A stretch of DNA of 49,376 nt, from NCBI GenBank assembly GCA_032718475.1, contig JAUCBJ010002599.1, positions 1 through 49,376 on the forward strand. Reading direction: 5' to 3'. This document shows, piece after piece, positions 1-12,105 of this stretch. Source of the DNA: Nemertoderma westbladi. Its lineage: Eukaryota; Animalia; Xenacoelomorpha. A model generated the notes under the pieces. That model saw only the letters and a program-made list of their open reading frames with translations. It had not been told where the DNA came from and did no database searches. The translations under genes and the position numbers were made by a program. Every line of letters starts with the position of its first letter. Within the stretch, counting starts at the first letter, position 1.

Positions 1-1410
1 TGTACTCTATTGCAGCACCAAAATTACAAGTAGTGCACAATTTTCACAAAATTTGAAAGCTACATTTTTCGGCTAATTGTTTTTCAATACAGGTTTTCTG
101 GGGCGCAAAATACATTGGAAAATATTTAAAATTGATATGATTACTATAAATGGCTGTTTAGACCTCTCTGCGTAGGAAAAAAAAAACGAAAAAAAACAAG
201 TAACCAGCACTTTTCAGTTAGAACACAAAATTATTAATTCACTTATACGATACTATAAATTCACATTTTCAGGTTTTCTAGGCGCTGATTCTAATGGAAT
301 ACATTTCTAATATGCCAGATCATTGCTTCTTGTAATTTTCGGCGTAATTTGGCAAATTTTGGTGCTCGTACCAAATTTTGTACCCATCACCAAAAAGTAC
401 AAGTATGCGATGTCCAGTGCTGTTTTTATAGATTCCATCGGATTCAGGACGCTCATTAACCCGTATAACGCAAGAAACAATATGATACTATCTACTGATC
501 AATTTGCTTATTTTCCAAAATTTCGTGCTGGCACAACAATTTTCACCCACCAGCGAAAAATACAAGTATGAAAACTCTTATGAAATGACTAAATAAATAA
601 ATAAATAAAATACTGATTCCATTGAATTCAGAACCCTAACAAACCCGTATAACGCAATAAACAAGGTGACACAGTCAATTGATATATTTGATGGTTTTCA
701 AAATTTGGTGCTAGCACCACAATTTGCACCCACTTCCGAAAAATACAAGTTTGAGATGTTTAGTTCGATAATTATATATTCCATTGAATTCAGAACAGCC
801 TTAAACCTCTAAAACGCAAGAAATAAATTGTCACAAGCAATTTTATCTATTGAATGGATTTTCAAAACTTTGTGCTAGCACCAAAATTTGCACAGAGCAT
901 CGAAAAATACATGTTTGGTACGCTTGGTGCAACTCGTATATATTCCATCAAAACCAGAACCCCAAAAAACCACAATTGCGTAAGAAACAAGTTTCAAACA
1001 ATCAATTTACAAAATTGACATATTTCAAAATTTGGTGCTGGCATCAAAATTTGGAACCCGCCGAAAAAAACAAGTTTGAAATTTCTAAATCAATTTAAAT
1101 GAATTCCATTCAATTGCTAACACCAAAAAACCGATGCAAATCAAAAATATAGATGTTACAATTCATATTTAATGAAATGTAATTTTCAAAAAATGTCTCA
1201 AAAAAAGTGCCAAAAGTGATGCTATAACTCGAAAACTACCCAATATTTTTGAAAACGGTTTTCACTACTAAGAAGACAATAGATTTTTACAAAAAGTCAT
1301 AAACTTTAAGATTCCCAACTGCGTTTGTTTCAGAATTATAATAAAAAAACCACGGGGGGGGGGGGGGGGGTGGTGGGTCATATTGACCCCCCCCCCCGTG
1401 TTTAATAGGG
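1..1410. mobile_element. Non-autonomous piggyBac-like (TTAA) DNA transposon/MITE, copy 1; left end lies outside the window
   Basis: Ends ...TAATAGGG followed by TTAA (1411-1414); subterminal GGGTCA-TAT-TGACCC hairpin; colinear with the complete copy at 32511-34086; no credible coding capacity. Confidence 0.85.
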
Positions 1411-1434
1411 TTAAATTTCCGATTAATTATGTTA

Positions 1435-1761
1435 TAACTTCCAAATCCTGGAAAGCCTATTCAAGGCTGCCCATGCCTTTCCCTTACGTATTCGAAGGTC
1501 CTAACGTCCTGACTTCCGGATCAATGATCCCAGGTAGCAGAAGTCGTCCACATGCTCAGGCATACCGTCCTTTGAGCTTATGCTCATCCTATCAGAGACT
1601 TGCTGAGAACTTTCAAAGTTAACTGTCAAAATTTTGGTCTTTTTATAGATAATAAAAAGACCAACACTAGAAGCAGCCTTCTAATGAACTGAGAGGCCGT
1701 TGGGCTCCCTCTAGTTAATCTGAGAGTACTACTACGTCATCAGCAAAGTCTAGATCAGTTA
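1435..1761 (-). pseudogene. RTE-clade LINE reverse transcriptase fragment (3' part, from the DFADD motif onward)
   Basis: Minus strand reads (KYL)TDLDFADDV...; closely similar to 40075-40400 of the RTE copy on the plus strand; joins 3288-3676 once the L2 insertion is removed. Confidence 0.8.
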
Positions 1762-3287
1762 ATAATAATAATAATAATAATTAATTTATATAGCACACTA
1801 TACATAATGATCTAGGCGCTCGCACAGATGTAAATTCAAAAGTTTCATCTGATCTACCGGTATCAGTACGTTAGTAGGCCTGAGATAAAAACATTAAAAA
1901 GCACCACTTTAAAAACAGCGAAAAGCTAAAACAATTTAAACACATATTTATATATACAAAGGATAATTGACCATAGAGGACAGGCGCTACCAAAAATATA
2001 TTCACTAAATAAATAATGCTCAATAAAGTAAAAATCACTAAAAATTTGTTAAAAACATGATGCAAGACTAGGCGGGATATTCCAAACTAAAATAATGTGT
2101 TTTTAGCCTCTTTTTAAATACATTGATTGATGTAGACGATCGGACATCTATAGGGAGGGCATTCCATATTGTGGGTGCAGCGTAAGAAAAACAACGTTTG
2201 CCGTAGTTTTCAAGATGATATTTCGGTACTACTAAAAGACCCATACTACTTGACCGTAGAACACGTAAAGGGACGTATTCAGTGATCAATTCGCTAAGAT
2301 ATGGAGGAGCCAGTCCATTGAGGCATTTGAATATATATAACTCAATTTTATAATCAATTCTACGAGCAATAGGGAGCCAATGAAGGGCTTTTAATACTGG
2401 CGTTATATGTTCCCGTTTACGGATTCCACACAGTAGTCTCGCAGCACTGTTCTGTACATATTTAAGCTTCTTGAGAGATTTGTTTGGTAATCCATAATAC
2501 AAGGCATTATGGTTGTCCAGTTTACTAGTTATTAGGGCATGAATTATAATTATCCGAGAAATATCTCTTGATCTTTGAAATATTCCTAAGGTGGAAAAAT
2601 GTAGAACGAACCGTTAGTGATATTTGTTTCTCTAAGGTCAGGTGAGAATCAACAGTTAGTCCTATGTTTCGTGCTGATTGGCTGCAAGAAACGGTTTCAT
2701 AACCAATATGGAGTTGCGGCTCTTCTAACTGTGGTCCAAACCGGGACTGCAATAATAGAACCTCTGTCTTATCTGAATTCATCTTTAAAAGATACTTCTT
2801 CATCCAGGTAGAAACATCCTGTAAGCAGCTTTCAGTCACTTTTACAGCCGTATTAACATCAATCGGTTTAAAAACTATATAGATCTGGGTATCATCTAAA
2901 AAATAAAGATATAAATGGAAATACAACCCATGGTTCCTTATAACTTTAGACAGAGAACGAGTATATAATATCGTGAATAAGAGAGGCCCAAGGACCGACT
3001 CTTGAGGTAATCCGTATCTAACTGTTTTTGCTAGGGAGTACGAATTTCCGATTCGAACCTTTTGTGATCTATTCGCAAGATATGACCGAAACCACTGTAA
3101 CACATTACCACTAACCGCCAAATCATCCTCCAGTATTTCTAACAACTTATGATGATCAACTGTGTCGAAGGCGGCTGAGAGATCTAGTAAGACCAATAGA
3201 ACGGCTGATCCATCATCGATAGCCCTCAGTATATCATAATTTACCTTGAGTAATGCTGATTCTGTCCCATGATTCACACGATATGGC
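1762..3287 (-). mobile_element. 5'-truncated L2-clade LINE (RT plus C-terminal ORF2, frameshifted) inserted into an RTE fragment
   Basis: HGTESALLKVNYDILRAIDDGSAVLLVLLDLSAAFDTVDH, GLPQESVLGPLLF, DDTQIY, HITPVLKALHWLPI, FSYAAPTIWNALP are L2 motifs; L2-type 3' end GTGCTATATAAAT plus (TTA)n tail at 1762-1800; GTTA at both junctions. Confidence 0.9.
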
Positions 3288-3676
3288 GTTAGGTACTTGG
3301 CAGGATTTCCTCGACTTCTGGAGCCAGTAGGTGGAGTTGCCATCACCCCATCACCATTATTAACATAGTAGTAGAACATAGAACATTGTCAACCACAATT
3401 ATGAATAAAAATGGCGCAAGTGTATCTCCCTGGAGGACTCTCCATAACACTTCAAATGGTTCTGTGTCACCATCAACAGTAGTCACAAATGTCGCCGAAC
3501 CATCGTATACTGATCTGATTGCTGCAATAATTTCAGATTCGGAATTTCTGATTTCATTTTTCCCATAATGAAAGTATGCTGAACATACGTGAGCGAGAGA
3601 CTCAATCAAAAACTTTGAAGAAGTTAACAAAGATAACAGCAAGCTGCCTGTCTTACTTTTTTGATAACTCATCAAT
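3288..3676 (-). pseudogene. RTE-clade LINE RT fragment (5' part)
   Basis: VLQGDTLAPFLFIIVVD and PPTGSRSRGNPAKYL; same family as 38870-40530. Confidence 0.85.
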
Positions 3677-3739
3677 CAAACCGACAGTGAAACGGACAGA
3701 CAGCCATAGCTCAAGAAGAAATAGAAACAAATTTTAAAG

Positions 3740-3951
3740 GTAGGAGTGGATACGGCGCCTGAACTGCTAACACAATAGTGTTTGATGGCGCAGGTTCGAA
3801 CCTAACTAAAGGCTCTAGAAATTTCGCACTGTTGTGTTAGGCAAGACACTTACTTAGTGCCTACGCCAACCCAGCGGTATAATGGGAACATGGCTTTGCT
3901 GAGGGGATAATAATAAATGCGCTTTGAGTATGCCGAGCGAGAAAAGCGCTA
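3740..3951 (+). mobile_element. tRNA-derived SINE with L2-type 3' tail (copy 1)
   Basis: A-box-like GTAGGAGTGG, B-box GGTTCGAAC (3793-3801), central GGCAAGACACTTA and ACCCAGCGGTATAATGGG blocks, L2-like stem GCGCTTTGAG...AAAAGCGCTA. Confidence 0.7.
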
Positions 3952-4758
3952 TTTCATTTCATTTCATTTCATTCATTTAATAATCAAATAAGATTGATAT
4001 TTAAAATATATATTATGCACAATATATTAAGTAAAATATGGTAGTACGTCCAGAGATAAATAACCAGACATATTATAAATAACCATAATAGTAATATTAT
4101 TATTTTTAAATAGAATGATGGATTTCAATATCATTTCATACTCGTTTTGTTAAAACGCTTCATTGTATTGTCACGTCAAACTGTTACATCCCTATGTTAC
4201 ATCCCTTGCCGATATTTCCATAATTCAACAAAAATCGCCCTATTATATGAAATTAGAAGAATTATTTTATTTTTACCCTTTTCGCCTTCAAATGTATCTA
4301 ATTTAATTCCATTTTATCATAAACATCGGAAGTGCTACCTCCGATGGCATTCCCGTATCTCACAGAAAGCAAAGGAAAATTTACGCAAAATATCGATTTC
4401 CTGCCGTCTATCTGTCGAAAAGCAATTAAACTTTGCAAAAATGTTCCCAAAACAATAGAGATATCAGAGGACGTCCAATGTAAATGTAGATAGCACCACC
4501 AACACGTTGTGGCCTTAACCCGCGGTAACAACTAGCCTCTCTGGTAGGAGTTTAATATTTTATCTAATTACATTACGCCTCCTTGACGATTTGATTTGGT
4601 AGTTTGACAGTTTGATCAATACTGCTGCGAGGTTGCAAATGTACTGATTACAGGTACCGTTACGCTCAGTACACACATACTTCACGCAGCTACCGACATG
4701 AATTAGTCTGAAGGAGCAGCACCCATAAGCAGAAACATATAATAATACGGGGATAAAC

Positions 4759-6079
4759 GCTACGCCTACACCTACTCCTATTCCTACTCCTATGGCTACA
4801 TCTACGGCTACACATACTCCTACACCTACTCCTATTCCTACTCCTATGGCTACACCTACGGCTACACATACTCCTACACCTACACATACGGCTACACCTA
4901 CTCCTATGCCTACACCCATGGCTACACATACCCCTACGCCTACACCTAAGGCTACACATACTCCTACACCTACACATACGGCTACACATACTCCTACGCC
5001 TACACATACGGCTACACATACTCCTACGCCTACACCGATGGCTACACCTACTCCTATTCCTACTCCTATGGCTACACCTACGGCTACACCTACACATACG
5101 GCTACACATACTCCTACACCTACACCTAAGGCTACACATACTCCTAAGCCTACATCCACGGCTATACATACTCCTACGCCTACACCTACGCCTACACCTA
5201 CACCTACAACTACACCTACAACTACACCTACACCTACACCTACACCTACACTTACACCTACACTTACACTTACACTTACACCTACACCTACACCTACACC
5301 TACACCTACACCTACACCTACACCTACACCTACACCTACAACTACACCTACACCTACACCTACACCTACACTTACACCTACACTTACACTTACACCTACA
5401 ACTACACCTACACCTACACCTACACCTCCACCTCCACCTCCACCTCCACCTCCACCTCCACCTCCACTTCCACCTACACCTACACCTACACCTACACCTA
5501 CACCTACACCTACACCTACACCTACACCTACACCTACACCTACACCTACACCTACACCTACACCTACACCTACACCTACACCTACACCTACACCTACACC
5601 TACACCTACACCTACACCTACACCTACACCTACACCTACACCTACACCTACACCTACACCTACACCTACACCTACACCTACACCTACACCTACACCTACA
5701 CCTACACCTACACCTACACCTACACCTACACCTACACCTACACCTACACCTACACCTACACCTACACCTACACCTACACCTACACCTACACCTACACCTA
5801 CACCTGCACCTACACCTACACCTACACCTACACCTACACCTACACCTACACCTACACCTACACCTACACCTACACCTACACCTACACCTACACCTACACC
5901 TACACCTACACCTACACCTACACCTACACCTACACCTACACCTACACCTACACCTACACCTACACCTACACCTACACCTACACCTACACCTACACCTACA
6001 CCTACACCTACACCTACACCTACACCTACACCTACACCTACACCTACACCTACACCTACACCTACACCTACACCTACAC
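4759..6079. repeat. (ACACCT)n microsatellite: degenerate higher-order part 4759-5170, near-pure tract to 6079
   Basis: Directly visible hexamer array; explains the PT/VG ORFs. Confidence 0.97.
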
Positions 6080-6692
6080 TGTCATCAGCGAAATGCCATT
6101 TCAAATAAATATATTTATTCGACATACTGTACAGTATGTCTCAGAATAGAGTGACCAATCAGCATTCAGACTCAGACCGTATATATAAAGCTCAACCATC
6201 AGACTTTCCGATTCATTCTGTATTCTATTTCAATCACAACATTTTTCCCACAAATTTGGTTATTACTTTTTCTGCCTTTTCCGCTTTCCTACTTCAGTAC
6301 TCCTTCATTCAGAATTCAGCACTTTCTTTTACATTCAGACATTGCAGCCTTAGTAGATCTTTACTTTAGATAATACTGTAATATTCAGATTCAATATGCA
6401 ATATCCAGTCCGGCAGTACCGGTATAATATTTAGATTACTTTAGTCATATTCATTCGCCTATGGTACCGGCAACCGGTAATTACTACATTTACAATAAAA
6501 TGCAAGATGACACAACCACTGTCTTTAAACCTTTTCCATCAGTCCATGCAGACAGAATTAGCGATCAACCAAAATAGAACATAGTTTGGCGGCGTAGACT
6601 ATTGTTCTCAATAGAATTAGAATGCAGATACAGTATTTCACATATTTCAGTTCATCATCACATTACTCAGTTCAGCAGTTCCGCCGCGAACA
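6080..6692 (+). repeat. 5' LTR of element A (613 bp) with TATA box at ~6180-6189
   Basis: TGTCATC...GCGAACA; CCAAT at ~6155 and TATATATAAA; near-identical to 10563-11167 except an 8-bp indel and a few substitutions. Confidence 0.92.
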
Positions 6693-7256
6693 TTATAACC
6701 AAATTTAATTTTTTAAGCTACCTTAGTCTTCACATAGGCCTATTCAGACAGTCAGACATTTCAAATATTCCGGCATTCCTTCACCCTGCAGCCCTGCCTA
6801 GTACAGTAGCAGTAGTACCGGCAGACCGGTACATCAGGATATATAGGCAGATCTGCCTGTCTGCAGATACGCTTATTACAATATAAGCATTACGGTACCT
6901 ACCTAGGCCCCATATGGTCCTACTGCCTGACGGCCCTATCATCCTATTGTGTATTGTAAATCGAGATTGCATAGGCAGGCCTATGTCCCTGTAAATGTAT
7001 CTCACTATCTGTATAGTCCAATATCAGACTTAAGATTTTTTTGCTGGTAGGCCAAACAGCTATTCAGAAATTCAGACTTTTAGGCCTTTAATTCAGACCG
7101 CGATGCCGTCGATAGGCCTAATACCGGTACCACGATACCGTCGATAATACCGGTACCGCGAATACCTACGTTCAGCAGTTCAGAGGTCAATTCCGTTCTA
7201 CGAGCTGCAGCTGACCGGGTTCGCAATCCAGCAATCAGGTATTTACTGACAGCAGC

Positions 7257-9658
7257 ATGTCGAGGAAGACGGGTGAAGAAGATCCACGAATGGATCTTGA
7301 TGCAACTGTCACCAATAGTGATACCCTGGGATTGCCAACCAATCCCAGTGGACATGGATTATCTGATTCAGGTGGGATCCAAACAAATCAGGAACAGGAT
7401 GTTGGTAACAAAGGTAGGAATGATGGCCCTGTATGTAGGCCTAGATATATGCCCTCGTCATCGGAAGTCGATCTCATAAATTCTGTAAAGCGGTCAGTAT
7501 CTGGTTTAAAATCTCATTTTTCGAAATGTTCATCTGTTTTGGCACCAAAAAGTTCAGGTGACATTGGTTCCAGTACGGTTAGTGTGAAAGACTTGAAGAC
7601 TCCTCAAAGTTCATCAACTTTTTTAGATCACAATATTAATAATGGCTTTTTATCACCTGAGTTGCCCTTCTGTAAAGAGTCTTTATACCAGTCTTCTATA
7701 CGTAGATCAAAAAAATCGAATTCCATTATCAGCAAGAATTCTAGTAAATCTAGCCACAAATCCTCAGCAAGCCATTCCGCCAGCTCAGTTTCAGCAAATG
7801 CTACTCTAAAGTTTCTTAAGGCTAGTAGTGAACGCAAATTAACAAAATTACGGTGCGATTTGGATGCTGAACAATCTAAAATAACCAAACAATTACATGA
7901 TGAACATCGTAGAGGCCTAATACAAATTGCTGAGCTAAATGAAAGTCTTGCTGCTCAGGAATTAAAACTTTTGAATCCTGAGATGGCAGCTCAGGTCGAT
8001 AATATTTTTCCAGAACCATTTCCCTATTCAGAACCTTTATGCCTATCAGATTCAGTACCAGTACCCTTAGACCTCTCAGATTTAGATCCTTTCTCAAACT
8101 CAGAACTTGTTTCAGATTCAGAACCTGTTCCATATTCAGAACCTTTTTCAGATTCAGAACCTGTTCCATATTCAGAACCTTTTTCAGATTCAGAACCTGT
8201 TCCATATTCAGAACCTTTTTCAGATTCAGAACCTGTTCCATATTCAGAACCTTTTTCAAATTCAGAACCTTTAGATGTATCAGATTCAGAACCACTTTCA
8301 GTTTCAGAACCTTTTTCAGATTCAGAACCTTTTGCATCAAATTCAGAACCTCTTTCAGATTCAGAACTCCTTTCAGATTCAGAACCTTTAGATGCATCAG
8401 ATTCAGGACCTCTTTCAGATTCAGAACCTTTTTCAGATTCAGAACCTTTAGATACATCAGATTCAGAATTTTACCCTATCTCAGAACCTTTTACTAATTC
8501 TGAACCTTTCCCTAACTCAGATCCTTTTTCAGATTCAGAACCCATTAACCTTTCAGATTCAAAATCATTTCCTTCCTCAGATTATTTTTCAGATTCAGAA
8601 CCTTTAACTAACTCGGAACCTCTTTCAGATTCAGAACCCCTAGACCTTTCAGATTCAGAACCTTTAACTATCTCGGAACCTCTTTCAGATTCAGAACCTT
8701 TAACTAACTCGGAACCTCTTTCAGATTCAGAACCCTTAACTAACTCGGAACCTCTTTCAGATTCAGAACCCCTAGACCTTTCAGATTCAGAACCTTTAAC
8801 TATCTCGGAACCTCTTTCACTGTTTCAGATTCAGAACCTTTAACTAACTCGGAACCTCTTTCAGATTCAGAACCTTTAACTAACTCGGAACCTCTTTCAG
8901 ATTCAGAACCCCTAGACCTTTCAGATTCAGAACCCTTAGATGTATCAGATTACGAACCTTTCGCCAACTCAGAACTATTTTTAGATTCAGAACCTTTTAC
9001 CAACCTAGAACCTTATTCAGATTCACAACCTGTAAACCTATCAAATTCCGAATCTGTATCTAGCTCAGAATCTTTCTCTAGTTCAGAACATTTACCTAGA
9101 TTTGGCTCTTTCCCATTCTCGGGTTCCTCAAATCCAATGACAACCTGTAATAAAGAAACATCTTTTAGCTTAATTATGGGGGGACAGTCGGGGCATACTA
9201 TTTCGTCGGTACAATCATTTTTTCTTCCATCATTTCCTTCAAATATGTCAACCCAAGCATTCCATTCCTACTCAATGGCTAATACTGATTTGCATTCCCT
9301 TTCAGATTCCGAAACTTTTTCAAATTTTCCACTACGGCAGAGTATTAGCCAATCTGTAATCATACCCCAGCGGCCCCAGCCAGGGTTGGCATATCCTTTA
9401 GAAAATTGTACCGTTCCATTCAATACAATAAATGTACCCCCTGTAAAAGGTGATTCCGTACCAGTTTGTGTTGCTTCAGCCAAAGGTATCCCTGCTTCTG
9501 ATTCTCAGTTTCAGGTTGTTCAACCTGCTTCCCAACAGGGATATAAAACTTGTACTTTTCCTATTAAGTCGGCTCTTACAGCTACAACTGACACCTTCAG
9601 AAAACTACCATTTACATATACATATATCTATGTATTTTTTGCTTTCAGAGTAAGTTAG
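7257..9658 (+). pseudogene. gag-like N-terminal ORF of element A (528 aa to 8843, continuing after a frameshift to 9658), expanded by SEP(F/L)SD repeats
   Basis: Ser-rich stretch followed by a predicted coiled coil (SASSVSANATLKFLKASSERKL...AAQELKLL), the layout seen in BEL/Pao gag N-termini; no capsid, knuckle or pol motifs recognised. Confidence 0.5.
8010..9030 (+). repeat. Coding minisatellite based on TCAGAACCT(T/C)TTTCAGAT (18 bp) with 36-bp and longer higher-order units
   Basis: Directly visible; encodes SEPFSD/SEPLSD/SEPVPY repeats. Confidence 0.93.
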
Positions 9659-10156
9659 GCTGCTAGATCTATCATGATTTGCTCAAGATCAACCATTCAA
9701 CCGTCACAACCTACTACGATATGACCAAGAATAGCAACGCCATCAGACTCTATTAGCCATTCCGCAGTCGTATGTTAAGCTTATTCTTTCCGTCCGTAAT
9801 ATCATTTAACTCATTTATATATAGATGCGGTGCAATTTTGGTGACGGTATATAATGTATAATACCTGCGCGAGTCTATCGATCTACTTAGGCTGCATATC
9901 AAATTTCTTTTCAACATTATTTTTCCTTCTTCAATATTTTTCTTTTTGATTTCGTTTGATTTCTGCCCTTTCAAAAAAAAAAAAAAAAAAAATCATATTG
10001 GTCTTATTTTAGTACTGATTGGTACCTCTAAAATATCTAAAATATAAAATTCAAATTATATACTATATATAGCTATATGTATGTGTGAGTAAATTCACAC
10101 TAATAAAATAAATTAAAAATAATATAAAGTAATGGTTCTCCCCTTTCTCCTTTCAT

Positions 10157-10402
10157 ATGGTTTTAATCCATACTTTTAATTGTACGTCTTATATGTGCCC
10201 TTTGTACGTCCTATATGTGCCCTTTTGTATGGTTTTAATCCATACTTTTAATTGTACGTCCTATATGTGCCCTTTGTACGTCCTATATGTGCCCTTTTGT
10301 ATGGTTTTAATCCATACTTTTAATTGTACGTCCTATATGTGCCCTTTGTACGTCCTATATGTGCCCGTTGTACGTCCTATATGTGCCCTTTCTTTGTACG
10401 TC
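10157..10402. repeat. 72-bp tandem repeat (x3 plus partial) built from 22-bp TTGTACGTCCTATATGTGCCCT subunits in the 3' region of element A
   Basis: Unit starts at 10157, 10229 and 10301. Confidence 0.92.
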
Positions 10403-10562
10403 CAGTCAATTAAATATGATTCAATTTGTAATAATACACACCCTAATTAAATAAAAATTATAATATATCCCTACAGAATTAAAATAAACATGTCGTAACA
10501 TTTCGCCACGTAGTTCAATCCAATTTATTGCGAAAATGTTCGCCATAAATTGTAGGGGGGAC

Positions 10563-11167
10563 TGTCATCGGCGAAATGCCATTTCAAATAAATATATTTA
10601 TTCGACATACTGTACAGTATGTCTCAGAATAGAGTGACCAATCAGCATTCAGACTCAGACTGTATATATAAAGCTCAACCATCAGACTTTCCGATTCATT
10701 CTGTATTCTATTTCAATCACAACATTTTTCCCACAAATTTGGTTATTACTTTTTCTGCCTTTTCCGCTTTCCTACTTCAGTACTCCTTCATTCAGAATTC
10801 AGCACTTTCTTTTACATTCCGACATTGCAGCCTTAGTAGATCTTTACTTTAGATAATATTCAGATTCAATATGCAATATCCAGTCCGGCAGTACCAGTAT
10901 AATATTTAGATTACTTTAGTCATATTCATTCGCCTATGGTACCAGCAACCGGTAATTACTACATTTACAATAAAATGCAAGATGACACAACCACTGTCTT
11001 TAAACCTTTTCCATCAGTCCATGCAGACAGAATTAGCGATCAACCAAAATAGAACATAGTTTGGCGGCGTAGACTATTGTTCTCAATAGAATTAGAATGC
11101 AGATACAGTATATCACATATTTCAGTTCATCATCAGATTACTCAGTTCAGCAGTTCCGCCGCGAACA
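10563..11167 (+). repeat. 3' LTR of element A (605 bp)
   Basis: Preceded by PPT 10554-10562, followed by TSD TACAC. Confidence 0.92.
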
Positions 11168-11246
11168 TACACCTACACCTACACCTACACCTACACCTAC
11201 ACCTACACCTAAACCTACACCTACACACCTACACCTACACCTACAC
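11168..11246. repeat. Continuation of the (ACACCT)n microsatellite split by element A
   Basis: Directly visible. Confidence 0.95.
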
Positions 11247-11249
11247 TCT

Positions 11250-11692
11250 TCCACTTCTTTCACTTCCAGTCTCGAGACTCACCATTGTTCAGAATGTGAT
11301 AAAGTACAGTTAACTGACCACGAAATCGAACTGTTGAATTATTTATATGAATTACACTCAACCCCATCAAGCAATGAACGGGTGGCGCTTTATTATATTG
11401 ATGGATTTATAGCCAGCAAATATCCATCATTAGCTTCTGTTGATAATGAAGTTATTGCTGGCACAGTTTATCTCGAGAACTTAAATCGTGGTGGTTTAAC
11501 TCATCCACAGCAATACCACAATCAATGCCTCTACAATCTCGTCATTAATATGTACAACCTCCTTGTTGCTCTGGGAACAGTTAGCTGTATAAATCGAGTG
11601 ATCCAATTGATTGATATGGTTGCCTTTTATTCACACTGTTCCTTGGAAATACCGGACAAGTCGAAACGTTCCCTTGGAAACGTTTTTCTAAA
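11250..11692 (+). pseudogene. P-element/THAP9-type transposase C-terminal remnant
   Basis: ALYYIDGFIASK...YLENLNRGGLTHP resembles the YIAGY...K / RGGLxxP signature of P-superfamily transposase C-termini. Confidence 0.7.
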
Positions 11693-11990
11693 ATACACTC
11701 GATCTAGCTCGCGAGGAAACTACTTTATTCCATCTACAAGATTAGTAGTTGCACAAAAATCAATACACTATGACGGGTCAATAGTATGGAATAACCTTCC
11801 CCAAAATATTAAATTACAAAAATCTCGAAGCAGTTTTATAAAGTACCTAAAAAATCACCTCTTCTCACTGCTTGATCGTATTTAAAACTCCGAAAACTAG
11901 TTTTCCCAAAAAATTTATTCTTATCTAAATTGTTATTATTTAAATAATTATTTCCCCATAATTTACTTATTATTTGCGCATAATTTCATA
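11693..11990 (+). mobile_element. Short 3' fragment of an L2/CR1-group LINE joined to the P-element remnant
   Basis: TRSSSRGNYFIP...SIHYDGSIVWNNLPQNIK...SFIKYLKNHL, a typical ORF2 terminus; absent from the duplicate at 14300. Confidence 0.75.
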
Positions 11991-12105
11991 ACTAGATGTT
12001 AGTAACTATAATTTGTAAGCATCTATGACGCGGTGAAAGCCCATCGTCCTCATTTCGTGTTCGCCGTCGCCCTTCATGTCTCTGATTAGTAAATCCTCCC
12101 CTAAT

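Larger units (their letters stand above)
6080..11167 (+). mobile_element. LTR element A: non-autonomous LTR retrotransposon (probably BEL/Pao-derived), 5.1 kb, no pol
   Basis: Direct repeats 6080-6692 and 10563-11167, both TG...CA; 5-bp TSD TACAC (6075-6079, 11168-11172); PPT AGGGGGGAC before the 3' LTR; the duplicated block at ~14050-14128 shows the empty site. Confidence 0.93.

Noticed and set aside
323-1098. Short ORFs conserved between the two MITE copies
   Set aside because: Non-ATG starts, no transposase motifs; conservation reflects copy similarity only.
3740-3815. Functional tRNA gene
   Set aside because: A and B boxes are present but there is no complete cloverleaf, and it continues into SINE body and L2-type tail.
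4560-6125. Long PT-repeat and VG-repeat ORFs resembling mucin or extensin genes
   Set aside because: Stop-free by-product of the (ACACCT)n array, open on both strands, and cut by an LTR insertion.
11097-11885. 262-aa ORF as a novel gene
   Set aside because: Chance fusion of LTR end, microsatellite, P-transposase remnant and LINE tail.
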